Shown: piece by piece, positions 12,127 through 27,197 of the stretch
Layout of the letters: each line of letters begins with the position of its first letter
Position numbering within the stretch: position 1 is the stretch's first letter
Assembly: GCA_964035545.1 (NCBI GenBank)
Contig: OZ037767.1
Coordinates: 4,108,707 to 4,172,706 of the forward strand
Length of the DNA: 64,000 nt
Source: Bugula neritina
Lineage: Eukaryota > Animalia > Bryozoa
Direction: 5' to 3'
Notes under the pieces: generated by a model
What the model was told of the DNA's origin: nothing
What the model saw: only the letters and a program-made list of their open reading frames with translations
Databases searched by the model: none
Made by a program: the position numbers and the translations under genes

Positions 12127-13095
12127 CGGTTTCTTAATTATTCTTGATAGACTACTAAAAACGAAGTTCATGTCACCTAAACTTTATTATCAAATAGTAT
12201 AAACATGTTTTTAAGAATAACACATGGTAGCAGTTAACACTGATAAGGAAGGAAACATAACTATAATACACTTTTTACGCTACTTATGCAGACAAGTAGT
12301 ATATTCAGGAATTAGAAATTGTAATAAAATTTACTAAAGATAAGATTGACACTGAGCTAAGAAGCTGATTTAACAAGGGAGGATAACTCTCTACTCTGTG
12401 CTTACAGTAAAAGAAGGGTAAGAAGGGAAATACCCCTATGAGGCATTTGAGGTAATTTTGTTAGTAATTAAGTTTCTGTCTTTCAAGCAGAATATTTAAT
12501 AAATCTTATTTAGAATACTATTAGCTATTAATCAGTAATAAACGGTTTGCTGGTTGCTATAGCTTACAGTCACTGTAAAAGTGTGGGGAAACTCATTCAA
12601 GTTGCACTTTATTAGTTTATCAACAGTAGAAAACAGCAAAGATGCATCACCTTGAAGTATATTATATTTATTATATACAGAATAAAACAATGAAATGATA
12701 AGCTCATGAAAAAGTACTTGTCAACAACAATATAAGTTTATTAACATTACTGAACCCGTAAGCAAAACTTTTCCAAAACAATCTTTGACTCAGAATGTTG
12801 TAGAAGTTTATATACAAAGAACATTCTAGAAAAAAGCATTTCAGAAAAGCATATGGTTATGTAACACAATAGTTGGATAATGATGGGACAATTTGTAAAA
12901 TATGACAAACTAATAAGTTTATAGCAAGTTGTATATTACTACTGGAAAGAAATAAGTTAATAACAGCTTTAGAGCACATGCTACGTGTATATAATAATAA
13001 CAGCAAATAATTATTGTATAACTATAATTAATAATTTATATATGTACATATAGTATATATTTATACTATAATAAATTGACTTTGAACACTCTGGA

Positions 13096-14906
13096 CTAGT
13101 GTCGTGTAGGATGTCCACAGGTCAATTCACATTCTTCTTGTGTCCTATAGTATAAACAAACACATGAATAATATACTACATGCATATACCTCAGACACAT
13201 CATCTCAATGTAACCAAAGCATGTGTGTCTATTTTGCATGACTAGAAAGATAAAGTTCTTGCATGAAAAAACTACAAAAAATACAATCTTTAATGAAAAT
13301 CTAAATAAATCTAAATTTAAAATAAAACAATTTTCATATGAATAATAAGTTAGTAGAGTGCTACAAACTCACTCGAATCGATTATCATCCCGATTGCAGC
13401 CCCCTTGACGGATAGCTTCACATCTACCAGATAGACGGTTATGAAACCATGGATGAGGGTCGGTTAGGCAATAACCAATGTTCAGGACTCGGAGGTTACA
13501 GACTGTTCTCAAGTTGCGCTTGCAACGAGAGTTACAGTCTGAAAGCCTCCTAAAAAAACATATAATGTTTGATTTAAAAAACTTGCAAATTAACAGTTTA
13601 GAGTTGTAGACTCTATATACAGAGTACTAGGATTTTTAAACAGTTACTTCAAACGATTTTCATTTAAAATATTATAGTCATTTATTAAGAATTATTTATG
13701 CAAACAATGTACATTTTAAAAGCAAAAAATTACTTACTGAAACTTGTTGGCATTGCCATTGGAGCCTGTGTAGTAAAATCTTTCACAGGCTCTGGTGGAA
13801 GGGTCGTAATAAAACCGGAGATGGTGACCTGTTCCATTTCCCTCCTCTTTGGGGAGAACGCACAAGGCGGTGGAATAGGCGCACTCATCGTTACAGTCTT
13901 GTACAGAACTATTGTATCAAAACATATGACATTTTATTACATTTGGAAGAAGTGTTGCTAAGTATAGAAAGTTATGCAATCAGTATGACCTTCTTCTATA
14001 GCACAGAGTAATTGTGAATTCTGGGTACCTGAGTTCTATTAAATTGTTGTATAACTAAACATGATGCAAATTAGTTCAGTATAAACTGCTTTTGGAACTT
14101 TTGAAACTTATGAGCACTGAAAATAATGTCATGGTAAGAGACAATAACTCCAACTTTAACAATTAGTTTACTTTTAAAACTTATAATATAGCCCATTAAT
14201 TTAGAGGAACTCTGTTGAACATAAAAAAAGTTAGTGTTTTAATTTATTTTGCCTCATCTTTTCAAATTTTCCATTTTATTTAAAAAAAATTTTTAAAGTA
14301 TCATATGAATATAACGTAATACTATATTCTTAAAAATAATCATATTTTCAAAAAAGAATTTGGAGTAATTATTATATGACAACAATAATAGAGATTACTT
14401 ACATGAAGTTGTTGCTATTTCCTCCTGATCCAGAGAACAGGAAGGAGCGGCATCGTTTGCTGTCTATTGCGTCATAGTAATAGCGTAAAGCTATCCCATG
14501 GCGCCTATAGACACCTCCATCTTTGGGATGGAGACATCTCCTTCCTTTAAATATAATATAATACAGCTTAATGTAGTGATGTAGAGCATAGACATACTAG
14601 TAACTGGGATACAACGTGATTTAGTAAGACTATTACTGCTATATCTTCATGCACACGTTGAACCCGGCTAAATAAATCATGGTGAAATAAAATTGCATAG
14701 ATATATTAGTGCAAGAAATTTATGTTTATGTTATTCAGCATTATTTATTATTATTGCAATACCTTCTTAATGTACAAATTACTTATAAATTTGAAAATTG
14801 CATCAAAGTAAATTTATAATGTAGTTAACATACCAGATCCCTTTACGACCCTCACTTGGATCAAACCAATCAATGCTATTAAAGAGAAAATGATAAACAT
14901 GTCCAT
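13096..14906 (-). CDS. Secreted triple-Kunitz/BPTI domain protein, type A copy 2 (203 aa)
   Basis: complement(join(13096..13144,13373..13549,13738..13908,14403..14544,14834..14906)); exon sizes 73/142/171/177/49 as in copy 1, GT-AG intact, no stops. Signal MDMFIIFSLIALIGLIQVRVVKGS; D1 starts GRRCLHPKDGGVYRRHGIALRYYYDAIDSKRC; exons 4-5 encode the same protein as copy 1. Confidence 0.93.
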
Positions 14907-15026
14907 GATTGCTCAGGTATTTTAAATTAATTAAAAATATTACTTAGAGTATAGCAATAAAGTAGATAATACTGTTTCAAGTAACAATTTACAATGTTAT
15001 GATATTTACTTCAGTAATTTCGGTGC

Positions 15027-15079
15027 TTATATACCCAAATCTGCACGCAGCTTGTAACTGTAAACTTTTAACATCCAAT
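15027..15079 (-). promoter_or_regulatory. Core promoter of Kunitz A2 (TATATAA 15033-15027 plus CCAAT box)
   Basis: Inverted copy of the A1 promoter block. Confidence 0.6.
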
Positions 15080-18000
15080 AAAAATCATTGCATCATTATT
15101 AATATTTCTATTGTGTAATAGAAAGAGGGTCACAATATTCATCAAATACATAATTCAACAATTCGAATATCTAAATCTTGTTGAATAAGAATCATCCTCT
15201 CTTTGAAATCATGCAACTTGCATCATATTATTTACTAATTAATTGAAAGATTTTAATTTTATACTTGTTGAGCAGCTGGTTAAATATTTTCAACTATAAT
15301 TGATATCTCTGGATAAGGTATATCAATGGTACTGGGTTCTCTATTTCCTGTGATACTTGTAAATGTTTCACCAGAATTTTTTTTAATTTCTCAACCCTTT
15401 TATTTTAAATAAAGTGCTGCTAAAAGAAGTAATTCATATTGCAGCATAGTTTGTGTTTTCACTTGACCATATGTATGAAATTATTTTTCAAAATTAATAA
15501 AAGGGGTAGTCACCTTAGAAAACTTAGAAAATACTAAATACAGTTTTAGTGTTTATACTTTATATTTGAATTACGTAGCATAGCTATTTTGATCTCAAAT
15601 AAATTTGAAACATGAGAATTGGGACTGGCAGGTGACATGAATAACACTTATTCAAATTGACATTTTTACATGCATTGCAAACACAGTAACAATTATTATC
15701 TGTGTTTCTAATGCTAAAATAATTTTGAAAACTATACTGTTTTTATTTAAGTCAGAAAATTCAAAAATGCAAACCAGAAAACATTGAGGAAACCAGTTAA
15801 GAAATATTTTAGAGCCATAGGTTTGAAGAAATTAACTATGCACTGTACTACACAAGACAAATAGATGACTCATTCAGTAATTTCCATCTTTCAATATAAA
15901 GTGAGATAAACATATAAAGTAATAGTATATGTTTTAAAACTTTAACTATATCATACCAGATGGTGCAAATGTTTGCTTCAAACTTTACAGTTTAATTTAA
16001 TTAGCAAAGATGAAGCTACTAAAGTCAGCACAAAGCATCACCAGTAAATATCTTGTTGTGTATTTTGAAAAGAAATCTTAAGAGATTGCTATATTATGTA
16101 ACTTTATTTAATCTGCATATGACGCCAATTAAGTGATTTCTTTCAAATTTTGAATGATAAATCTATCGTCAGTATAACTGCTGGAAACTTTAGCTTGAAA
16201 AATTTAAATAGATTATTGAAAAGCTTTACTCCTTAATGCAGGTGGTGCAGATGTTAATTTCAAGCTTTCGAGTATTAATCATTATCCAAGCTGAAGCTTT
16301 TCAAATTCAGAACAAAACACTGACAGTTTGAATCTCATTATATATGTTTACAGGAAATATGATGGCTTTTATTGCATATAACATACTATAGCCATTAGAC
16401 CTTTGTGATACCAGTGGAGCGTGGAAATCTAATTGCTTATGTCTTTGCAATGCATGGATGTAGGGGCAGCGTGGGAAAATATAGAAAAGCCTGTGTTCTA
16501 TATTAAAAATATAATATAGTAAAAAAGACTTTTTCAAGAGAACTTCAGCCTGTGCTTCAAAGAAATGTCTTTCAAATTTCATTTTTGCTTCACCTACCTC
16601 GATTTCCATTACTAAGAAGAATGCAATAAACCAAAGTGTGACTGCAATACAAACTTACTGTTTTGTGCCATTTTATAGAGCTGTATCTGTAAGTCCAGGG
16701 CACTTGCTTTGACCTGTCACACCAGAGTCACCAACAGTATCTGTCTTGTGTCACAGTTCTCTCTCCTTTTCTTTTATTCACCTAGAAGCAACATTTGATA
16801 GTAGATGGTCATATAACTAGCTATAGTTTAACTACAAGCTGCATTGCTAGAAATTATCAGGTTATGTTCATGTAATATGCTTGTACTTGTAGGCACAGCT
16901 TGTCTGCAAAATGCTAAACGTATAGCTTAGCATGTTATGATGCAATAACATAATTTAAAATATTGTAGTGTATTGTTGAGATGAGCGAATGAATTAAATT
17001 ATATTATGCTTGTGGAAACTGTATAAACAGTGGCAAAAATTAACTGCAAGAAACTGTATAATATGATCAAAGCATGCAATTTGTACCACTTTAATTATAA
17101 GGTATAATTTACAGTAGTACATTTGTAGAAAATAAAAGTGGAAAAAAATCTGAAGGAAAAACGCTTGAAGGAAAAAAATTAATTAAACTAAAATAATCTA
17201 ATGCTTTCTAGGCTTTTAAAACCAGTAAATTGAAAGTAAAATTAAATATTGCTGCACTAAATATCAACCACATGCAGTAAGTGTTACTTTAATTAATATT
17301 CAACTGTTATAATAGAGATAGTATTATAATATTTGATCAAAAATAAATTTATACTAATATAATGCCCAGTAATATAATAGCCAAAACATGGAAGACAAAA
17401 GTTCATCAACATGAAAACATAATATTGTTTATGTTAATAAATATTCCATTTTCAAACATAAAGAATAGACAAAGTTGTTTTCCCATTTAAATTTGCAAGC
17501 ACTTTTAGCCTCTGTGAAATCCGAAATTAATTCAGTAAACAAAATACAACTTCCTAGAAATCAACCATGTATGCTATTGTAGTAATAATAAAAGTCATAC
17601 AGGTAAAGAGCATTTGGTGTACAACATTTGCTTAATATAGCAAAGAGAAAACATTAGATACAAAATAATTTATAGCAAGTTACTAAAAGATATTAACGTA
17701 CAAAATATAGCAAATTCTTGTATACTGTTCCAACAGTATAATTTTTCAAAGTTATTTAAAATGACATGTTATGACTAACAAGTATTACGTCAAACAATCA
17801 ATTCAAAGATATTCACAAGGCAAAAAATAAATACTCTCGGTTGCTTTCATCTCTAATTCCATTCAATATGAAGGTCTATCAGAATAATATATGTCTTATT
17901 AAAAAAATAATAAGAAAAGAAGGAAAATTAATTTCCATTCAGTGTACCTGGTGCAGTAAAATAGAGTTATTTCCCTTTCTACTCATAAAAACAAACTATA

Positions 18001-21000
18001 TAATTGTGTGTGATTCTGATAGTTGTATTGGGAACTGTTTTTGACTTAAATAAAATTTTATCTTTGCCTGTTTATATGGGTTTACCAAACTGTTTCAACA
18101 TCAATTTGCTAAGGGAAAGAGCAATAAATATTATTATATAAACCCTATAAATAGCTAAATAGACCAGCATTTTCAAGAGTGGGGAGGAGATTATATGGGC
18201 AACTACATGAATAAACTTCTTACCTAAACTAGATGTACTAATATCATGCAGATATACTTACACTCTGAAGATACACTTACACCCTGCAGAAACACTTACA
18301 CTCTGCCCACCCATTATGCTGACTGTTATTAGAAGACATGAAATACTGCCCACCAGATCAAGGGTTAAAAACATCTGCTTTACATTAAGCTGAATGAATA
18401 CTCAACTACATGAAATCATAAAATAAAACCACAGAACATACTAAACTGTTAGACAATGTTTCATTAGTTTACTCTTTTACATGTACTCAGTTGATGTAGA
18501 AGCTGTTTGGGTTATGACTATAGCTGCCTCAGCTTTTATATTGAAAGCTACAACTGTGTGCAGTAACTCAAGTTATTATACTTTCTTCATGGACATGCTA
18601 ATTCTAATTCTGCATCTTTTAATCACAGAAGTATTTTTCAGTGCAAACTAATAGCTAATTGTACAAATACACATCATGCAGGTAAGTGTACTCTTAATAT
18701 ATTTCTATACGTATTAATGTTACTGCAAGAGTAAATTTTAGCTTGTATACAGAACTGTGAGGACTCATTTACTTCCATGTCATATAGAAATGTATAATAT
18801 CACCTCACCCTTTGCTAAATGCAGAGTTTATATTTCTACTTAATAGGGTTTCTGAGTTTTTTGTTGGATATTTTATAGTAAAATGTCAAAGGTGGACAAC
18901 TTCTTGAATTACACATATTTTAAGAACTTAGACTATTGACAAAACTTTTCAGAAGTCACTAAAAGCAGCACAGAGTTGCATAGACAAACTTCAACTCTCT
19001 AAACTTAATTCCTTCTTACTGCACCCAGTGACCACCAAGTCTGTGCTGCTTCAAGCAACTTCCAAACCCAGCACTTTATATTATGATGAGCACTTTGCAC
19101 TGTGATAATCATAAGATTTGTAGACTGAACAAATAAACACTGCAGTGGTTTGATTGCTATCTAAATAACAACTTACTCATAAATTTAATTCTGTCTACTG
19201 CAGACTACTTAGACACAGAATATAAATTATATACAATTATATGTTACGTAACACTAGTTCACAGTGCTTACTAGCTGAATACCTGCACATAGGTATTATA
19301 TAACTACAGCTTTTGTCTCTATAGAATGGCCTTGCATGATTTATTTGAAAATAATAGGTATTCCTAGTTAGATAAGCCACTCCTTTAATGTTTCAGTATA
19401 AACTAATGTTAATGCCACATTTGGGTTACAGTCTGAAGATTTTATCAGCTAATCTGTTGTATGACAGTTTAGCTTAGCTATTCACACCTGAATAGTTATG
19501 TGGCAGTATATATATAAGTTCACAATTTGATACAATATATTTTACAAATAAAATGAAATCCTAATAACTTACAGACATCAAAGAGCATTCATCTAGAGAG
19601 AAAATAATACAAGCTAGTAGTGAAACTTACTAACTGTTGCACAGTATTTACTCCAGGAAATAATTTGCTGCTTCTAGCAGATTTTATAATTACGTAACTC
19701 TCAATACTCCACTTCAACTTGATTTATTTTTTACAATTTCATGAATAATAAATGAAAAACTTAATTTTCACATTGAAACGTTTCATCTCTTCCAAACTTT
19801 TCTGTATAACAAGCAAATAAATAAATGATTTCTTTAATATAGCTCAAAGCTCAAATTAGTCATGTCAATGATTTGAATTAAAGTATAATCATTTATTTAC
19901 CTTATAGTAAAAACACCAGCAAAAGTAATGCTTGAAGTGAAATAAAGGATACCAATTTCTCCTCAAAGTAACTAAAATTCCACCATCTTTGCAGGTATAT
20001 CTGTAATGGAAATCAGGCGAAATTGGTTTAAAAAAACAAAACACTATTAATAATTTTCACTCTGATTAAAACAGTTTTGGGCACAAATAGTTATGTATCT
20101 ATACGAGAAAGGTACCATAGAAACAATTTACACAAAAGCATGGTGTAGGCTTCAAAAACATCCCATAGACAATTGACCAATCATAGGTAGCAAAAGATGT
20201 TCATTTAAACACCTCATTGGTAAATAGGAAACGCATGTTTTTTAAATCTTTGTTTGTGGAGAAACCCTTATTAACTTCACACTGCACCACCCACATTGTT
20301 AACTGTTAACCTCAGTACTTTCTTAGGGCGCTGCTTTAACCACTAGTATAAGGCCACTCTTTTCTTGATAAATAATATACATTAACATAAAACACATCAA
20401 GTTCGTAAAAAATATCTGAAGTCAAACAACGATTTTTAAAAAAGAAATTGCACACAGGTACAAAGGTCACTAGTAAAGCATTTTGAAGAAATATGAAGTT
20501 ACAGCTACCCAGAAAACTCATTCCTGCAGAAATTAAAATTACTTTATAAAATAATGATCTGCTGCTGCTTTCATACAGCTTTTTATAGTTTTGTACTTGC
20601 TGCATCTTTCTGCCAACCAAATTATTCTCAGTTGATTTTATGGAAATTTTATTCCCACTGTCTTTTGCTTCCAATTGAAACAGTCAATTATTTTAGCTCA
20701 AAAAGAACACAATTAATTTCCTCAACAAACTTGAACGGCTAGATAACGGTGTCAATATAGAACTGAAATTTTTTTTACAGCTCAACTAGAGGCAGAACAT
20801 TAAAGCTGCCAGCTAGTGTTTTGATGACTGTGTTACGCAACTAGTAACAACTCTTTTTCTTAAATTTGGAAAATCCCAGAGAAGTTGATAGTTGAAGTTG
20901 ATTTCGCAATGCTAAGTGACCTATACAATATTTGACTTTCATCTCTAAAGAGATTCTGTCAGTATTTGACCTCTAAGAAAAAGATTCTGAGAAAATGTAT

Positions 21001-23744
21001 GAAATATCTGCTCTTTTTAAAACACCATCTCAAAAATGCATAATTATAATAAATGCACAACTCACAAATGGGGTGACTAATATCCCATGAGTCCACAAAA
21101 TCTTCGTACAGGCTTGACAATTTTGAAAGTTGACTACTTAAAAACGGAGCTTTAGGCTTTTCAAGCTTCTATAAATTTTGTTTAAATTAATTATTTTAGT
21201 AGATAATTAGAATATAGGTTGGCTTTTTTTAGCTAAGTACTGATTATTATGACATCAAGTGGCTATACATTTAATGTATTTTATTTATTACTTTGCAAGT
21301 TTATTGCTGACTTTTATCACAGGGTTATCTTATTACAAAGCTACATTGACATTCAACTTATATACTTACACACTGGCAAATTAAAATCAAAATTAACATG
21401 GGTTAAAGGTCAATGAAATATTATGAGCTGTGATAATTTCATGCTGGTTACAAAAATGTTTAAAAAAGAGACTGTATACAAGTAAGAGAGAATTCTGTAG
21501 CAATTTAAAGTATACATTCAATTACCATTAATTGGTAATAAAATTCTATTGCAGACCAGTGTGCATTTAATATAAAATATAAAATAATATTAAAAAGATA
21601 TGCAGTTTCGAACATTGGAATACAGCCTTCAACAGTGATGCAAAGATTGCCAGATAAACATATTCTTCTAATTGTAGAAGCTTTATTGAATTGCTGAAAT
21701 TTTAGCAAATTAAAAAATTAGTAATTAAAAGTTTGTTGGCAAGTTGTTTTTATACAAAGAAAAGGTTTCATCCCAGATAGACGCTTCCAATTTAGACGCT
21801 TCCAAGTTGGGTCCCACTTGAATGTTTGCCAGTTACACTAGATGTTATCTTTTTATTTTGGTATGATATTATATGATAATTTACCTATATATACCTATAT
21901 AACTATTGTATTGATTGCTAAAAAGCTAATATGTTAATAGCTATAATAGCTAATATGAATTATCTGGAATAGTATTCTAATTTTCCAGGATTTGCGTAAG
22001 AAAAAAGCACCATTATATTATTAGTAATAAATATTATCTTTAATGAAACTGAGTAACAAAATATCTTTTCAAAGAAAAAGAAGTATAAAATATGCAAAAA
22101 TAATAAGTGAATGCTAATGAAAAGAGTTTATATGTGCTGAATAACAAGCTATTAATCCAGGTTTATTTAAATATATATATATTTAAATAATAATCAAATA
22201 AATTACACATAAAAAATAGCGTCCAACTGAGAGGCATCCATTTGTGAAACTTTTAAGTGGAAAATTTAGCTTAACGTTTAACTGGGAAGCGTATATTTGG
22301 AATAAAAGGTAGCTATATTTTTATAAAAGGCCAAAAATGCTAAATTTTATTGTGTGCTAAATAAACAGTATAATATATTATTTATACAATATATTGTTTA
22401 AAAACATAAGGATAATGCCGATGCGCAGCATACTTTGCATCTGTTTAGTATCTCAAAATAAATAAATTACGTGGTTAAAAGCTTTCAATAAAGATTATAA
22501 CGGCTTAACACTAATTATGATTTTACTGAAATAGCTATTCGTTTGCAATTGTGGTAGAAAATTTACAATTTTCAAAATTCTATCAGATTTGACGCTAGAA
22601 GAAATAACTTGATTTGTTTTTATTTCCTACCAATTTTTAGAAAATGAATACAATGCATTTCACGTAAAAAAAATATCGGTGAAATAGTTTGGCCTGATTG
22701 GATACTTGTATACTTGCATTTGATGTAGGACTAAGGTAGAGTTGTCTCCACATAAATTAACAAATAATAGTTTACCAAATACATTGAGAGATCAAAGGGG
22801 TTTCCTGCTAATAATTTGCTCTACCGACTAAAGGTGAGATGAGAATTTTAAGTAAGAATTGAAAATTTAACCAAAGTGAGCTTTGCTGAACTGATTTCTC
22901 AACTTCAGTATTGCTGGAACGTGTATTTCATCCCTTCTATCGGTACTCAGGACTTACACTTTAAGTAATCCAGTGATCTTTGGGATTAGGTAAGTTTAGA
23001 TCTTTTGATCGAAAGGGCTTTGTAAAGGTGACTTGTGGCAGTATTTGATTGCTTATATTTAAATCAACTAGTCTATGCTCTTTTCCTATAACAGTTGAGT
23101 TTGTTCTGTGCAGAAACTATCGATAGAATTTTTCTTATTTTTAAAGAAACTAGTTTTGGAGAAACAGCTTTTATTCAGATAATTGTTAAACCAATATAAA
23201 CGCTAAAACATCAAACTGAGAGGAAGCTAAACAGATTTGCTCAAAGCATATAAAACTACAAAGCATATTAGGAGACGACTGAAATTGAAAAATTATATGA
23301 TAATTTTATTTAAACAATCCACCGCAGTCTTCTCGGATTAAACTAATTCACTGCTAGTAATGAAATTAAAATTTTTGGGCAAGAGGAACAGAAACTATAC
23401 AGTTAATGCAAAAAAAGCAAAGTGAAAGTAACATTTTTTACAGCTAAAATTTTCAGCAAATTTAAAACTTGTGAGTTGCTTTTGCTTGCATGACATGTGA
23501 GTTTTTTGAGCATATTCTCATCGCCACTCAAAGGTTAATGAACGTAGTCAATGAATTTATTTTTGGGCATTACAAATTTACATGAATAGATTGGGAGCAG
23601 AAAAGAAACAGTAAAAACTCTAAAGTACAATATGCATCGAAGCAGGAAAATTTGGCATTTTTATCAGGGGATAGTTCAAGTCCAGTAGGCTTCTGGTAAT
23701 ATTACATGTTGATTGTGGTAATGTGATTTCCCAGTAGTTCCCAT

Positions 23745-23825
23745 AGGGCATAGAGTAATGACACAGCACAGCACGCTATAGTTTGCAAGTGGGCAGTCTG
23801 AGGTTCAATCCTTAGTGAAAGCAAA
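23745..23825 (+). mobile_element. Possible tRNA-derived SINE relic
   Basis: B-box-like GGTTCAATCC at ~23802 with a weak A-box-like segment upstream; no convincing cloverleaf. Confidence 0.25.
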
Positions 23826-26800
23826 AGTTGATACATTGATAGCTTATTAAAAGAAAAACTTTCTCTGAACTTGCTTTATTTGTAAAATGATCAGCTAAAG
23901 AACTTTTTTATTATAAAAACTCAATCATCCATCTCATTTATATATATTGTTTTACTGAAGCGAATAGCCAAACTGTGGACTGTCATCATTAAAAAGATAC
24001 AAAACTGATAAGGCTGGTTAAAGTTGAATAAACAGGACATCAAACGAGTTTTGACCAATCACGAAAAACATAATCCCACGAAAAAATATTGTATATATAG
24101 ATCCTTTCCGAGTTTGTTAATAAAACTAATCGTAGGAAATGCAAAACAATTCTTTACTACGGCAAAAGGTCACTGTCTTTAGTTAGTTTAGACAGGAATT
24201 TAAGTTGCTGTTATGGATATAAAGTTTGTCAAATCTCCCAGATGGAGTTTTACAAAAATTTTTGTAACTATGTTAAAGACAGTACAGTGTTTACACTACA
24301 ATTAGAAATTTATAACTGTGTTAGAACTGAAAAAAGAGCATGCAAAGTAAACTAAAATAGTTATGTTTGTCACGCATGTGCATGTGTACATGAATGAGAC
24401 TTTTAAATAAAAACTATAATATAAAGTGCACACTATTTAATCAGCAGACTTAACAGCGATCAGTGATCAGAATGATAAACACAGTGACTAGACTAAACAT
24501 AGTTGGTAATGTGAAGTTCTTTAACTCCAGCACTATACCAGAAAAAGTAGAGATCAGACAAATAGTATGTCATAGTGTAAATGTGTTAAATGTAGCTTAT
24601 GATTATCACACAGGTACCACCAGATATGTAAGGAGTCACATGATCAGACATGGATCCAGTATGTTGATGAACTGTGAGAACTTACTCAGTAAATATTTGA
24701 GTCAAACTGACTGGTAAACTGAAGTTGGAGTGGACATAATGGAAGGATGAGAAACTCTAACTAGTTTATTGGTAAGTGATAATATTAGTAATGAAATAAT
24801 GTCTGCTACTATTTCATATGTTACACAACTATTAGAAGTTTATATTAATAATTTGGTAGATATGATTTCTTCTATCAGTATGATAACTCGCTCTAACCCT
24901 TTTTATCTGTATGCAGGTCTACATATGCAATGTTATCTATTTAAAATAAACTCAATATAATAAATAGATTTATTCTGGTTCAACTTTGATGGTTTAATTT
25001 TATAATCAATAAATATAATTAAAAACATAGGCTACTAGAGTCTGTGCCACTGTCAAACTCGAAATCAACTTTTTAGTTGCATGAGTTTAAAATAAAAATA
25101 ATGCTTTATTGGAAATATATCAAGTATAATAGATATATTAAACGGTCTTTTAGCCAATTTCTATGTTTTTAATTTTTCACAAATTATTGATATTGGTATT
25201 AGTAATGCTAATTGTATTTGTAAAAAAGTTAGTTAAAAAAGTTATAGATATTGTTTAATTGTCTAAATATAGTTGATCTACATTATAATGCGGTAAACTT
25301 AGCTATAAAATCTAATTATGATTTCCTAGTATATATAATATAGTATATATACATATAGTATGATAGTATACATTATGAATATATGTTACATATGTATTAA
25401 TAAATAACAATTATTAATTAGTTATAGGTTTGGTAATATTCTTAACTCTTGAAAATAAAAAAAAAATTAGCCCAATACTCTCAAAATATATAATTTATAA
25501 AAAATACACTAGATTGTCATTGCCCCGTTTCAACTGCATGTCCTACTTATTAAACCTAATCGATTACATGTTTTTTTTATTTATAAATTTTAATCTGATT
25601 TGATAGAGTTTCAGTTTTGCAAATGACCTTGTCGGAAAAATTTTGTAACAATTACATAACTTCCCATTTTCCATGAAGTCTAAAGTTAGGACATTATCTA
25701 ATTATTTTTTAGACATCAGTGCATGTCAACCGATAAACCAGAAGGCGCGGTTTTTCAGATAGAATTTTCCGGCACTTCCATAAGTGATGCTTGGCTTACT
25801 GAAATTCATTTGGCATTTTATGAAGGTTGAGGTAGGTTGTGGCTCTGTTGGTGAAAGTCATGAACATATTCTACAAGGTATCGGTGTACTATATATAAGT
25901 TGGGTAAGTGACTTTTATTTCAACAGCTTGTTATTTTCAATAATAACTACACAAAATAATACCCTGTTATAGGAGTTTAAAACAAAAACACGTATTGGTA
26001 TGACCAACACTAACAGCAGTTGTACTACTAATTATTGTATGTCACTTTTATATGTATGTTAATAGTATTACTGTTATTGTAGCTACAATTCTCTAAAAAA
26101 CTACGCACATTATGGCTTAGTCAAAAGCATTAACTCCAGGTTAAAGCATGCATTGTTTTTTCACTTTGCACATATGTGTTCAAACTAGCTTGTATTTAGA
26201 AAACATTTTAAATTCAATTTATTAATACACAATCTTGATTTTATAACAAATGAAACTGCTTCAAACTATAGCTATGCCAAAATTGCATTGCTTTCAAGCC
26301 GTGTTTTACTGTACTATATACATGTTTAGAACTTAATCAGTTAATCCATTTATTCTTAGCATACAGTTATTTTTTATTTAAAAGGGAATAAATCTTTTGT
26401 TTATCTTTAGGAGTTTAGTTTTTGGCACAAGACTGTCAATAGCTGAATTTTTTGTCAAAAACTTTTAAGAGAAAAACTGATCTATGAATTTATTTTGAGA
26501 GAGGCATTAATGGGATCCCTTTTATGTGAGACAAGAATAGCAACGTTTTGTGTCTAACAGATTTTATAGACTACATGTCCATGACAATCGATGTGCAAAT
26601 TGATTTTTTAATACTTTTGCAAATATTTGGAGGATTTTGAAAGTTCAACTTATACACTTCAACTATTTCAAGGGACAGTAATTCTAACTTTAATTAGCAA
26701 CTACTAATTCATATTATAAATTTAAAATGTTGAGCCAATCAACTATGCAAATATGTGCCTAAATTTATTTTTATGGGGAAAATATTTTAATAAAATCAGC

Positions 26801-27197
26801 AGCCAACTAACTGTCTTTTCTTGAGCTCTGAGAAAGCCATGTTAAATGTGAGAAAATAACTCTCAACAATTTGTTTAGTGTGCTGTATACTCACATGTTA
26901 GCTCTGTTTTTTTCAGTTTCACTTTACAAGCTGTATTTTACAATATAGTGCATGTGTGTAAACTAAATAAACCTAAATAATTTACCTACACATACATGTG
27001 GCCCATGTAAATTTAACATCAATTGGAGGCAAAAGAAAGCATTTTTAAATAAAAATATGTTTAATGCTTAAATAATGCATTTTGTATTATTACACTAATG
27101 CAGTGTTTTTCACTTTTTGGTAAAATCGATTTCAGCTTCTATAGTTGATAGTATAGAGTAATGTTTTAAATAAGTCCCAAAATTAAGTCTTGACAAG

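Larger units (their letters stand above)
12280..23000 (-). repeat. Right arm of ~10.7 kb inverted segmental duplication
   Basis: Mirror of 1085-11660; paired coordinates sum to ~23,950-24,080 (ATG 9066+14906, stop 10859+13096). Carries arm-specific insertions at ~21400-21700 and ~22365-22460. Confidence 0.93.

Noticed and set aside
11801-12171. Cys/Val- and His/Thr-rich ORFs
   Set aside because: Translations of the CA/TG microsatellite.
9994-13961. Mirror 87 aa ORFs (9994-10257 minus, 13698-13961 plus)
   Set aside because: Antisense shadows of Kunitz exon 3; their similarity is explained by the duplication.
1085-23000. Palindrome as a fold-back read artefact
   Set aside because: The arms differ by many substitutions, arm-specific insertions and an internal inversion, which a fold-back read cannot produce. 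Haplotype mis-joining is less likely given the divergence near the centre but still needs read-level checking.
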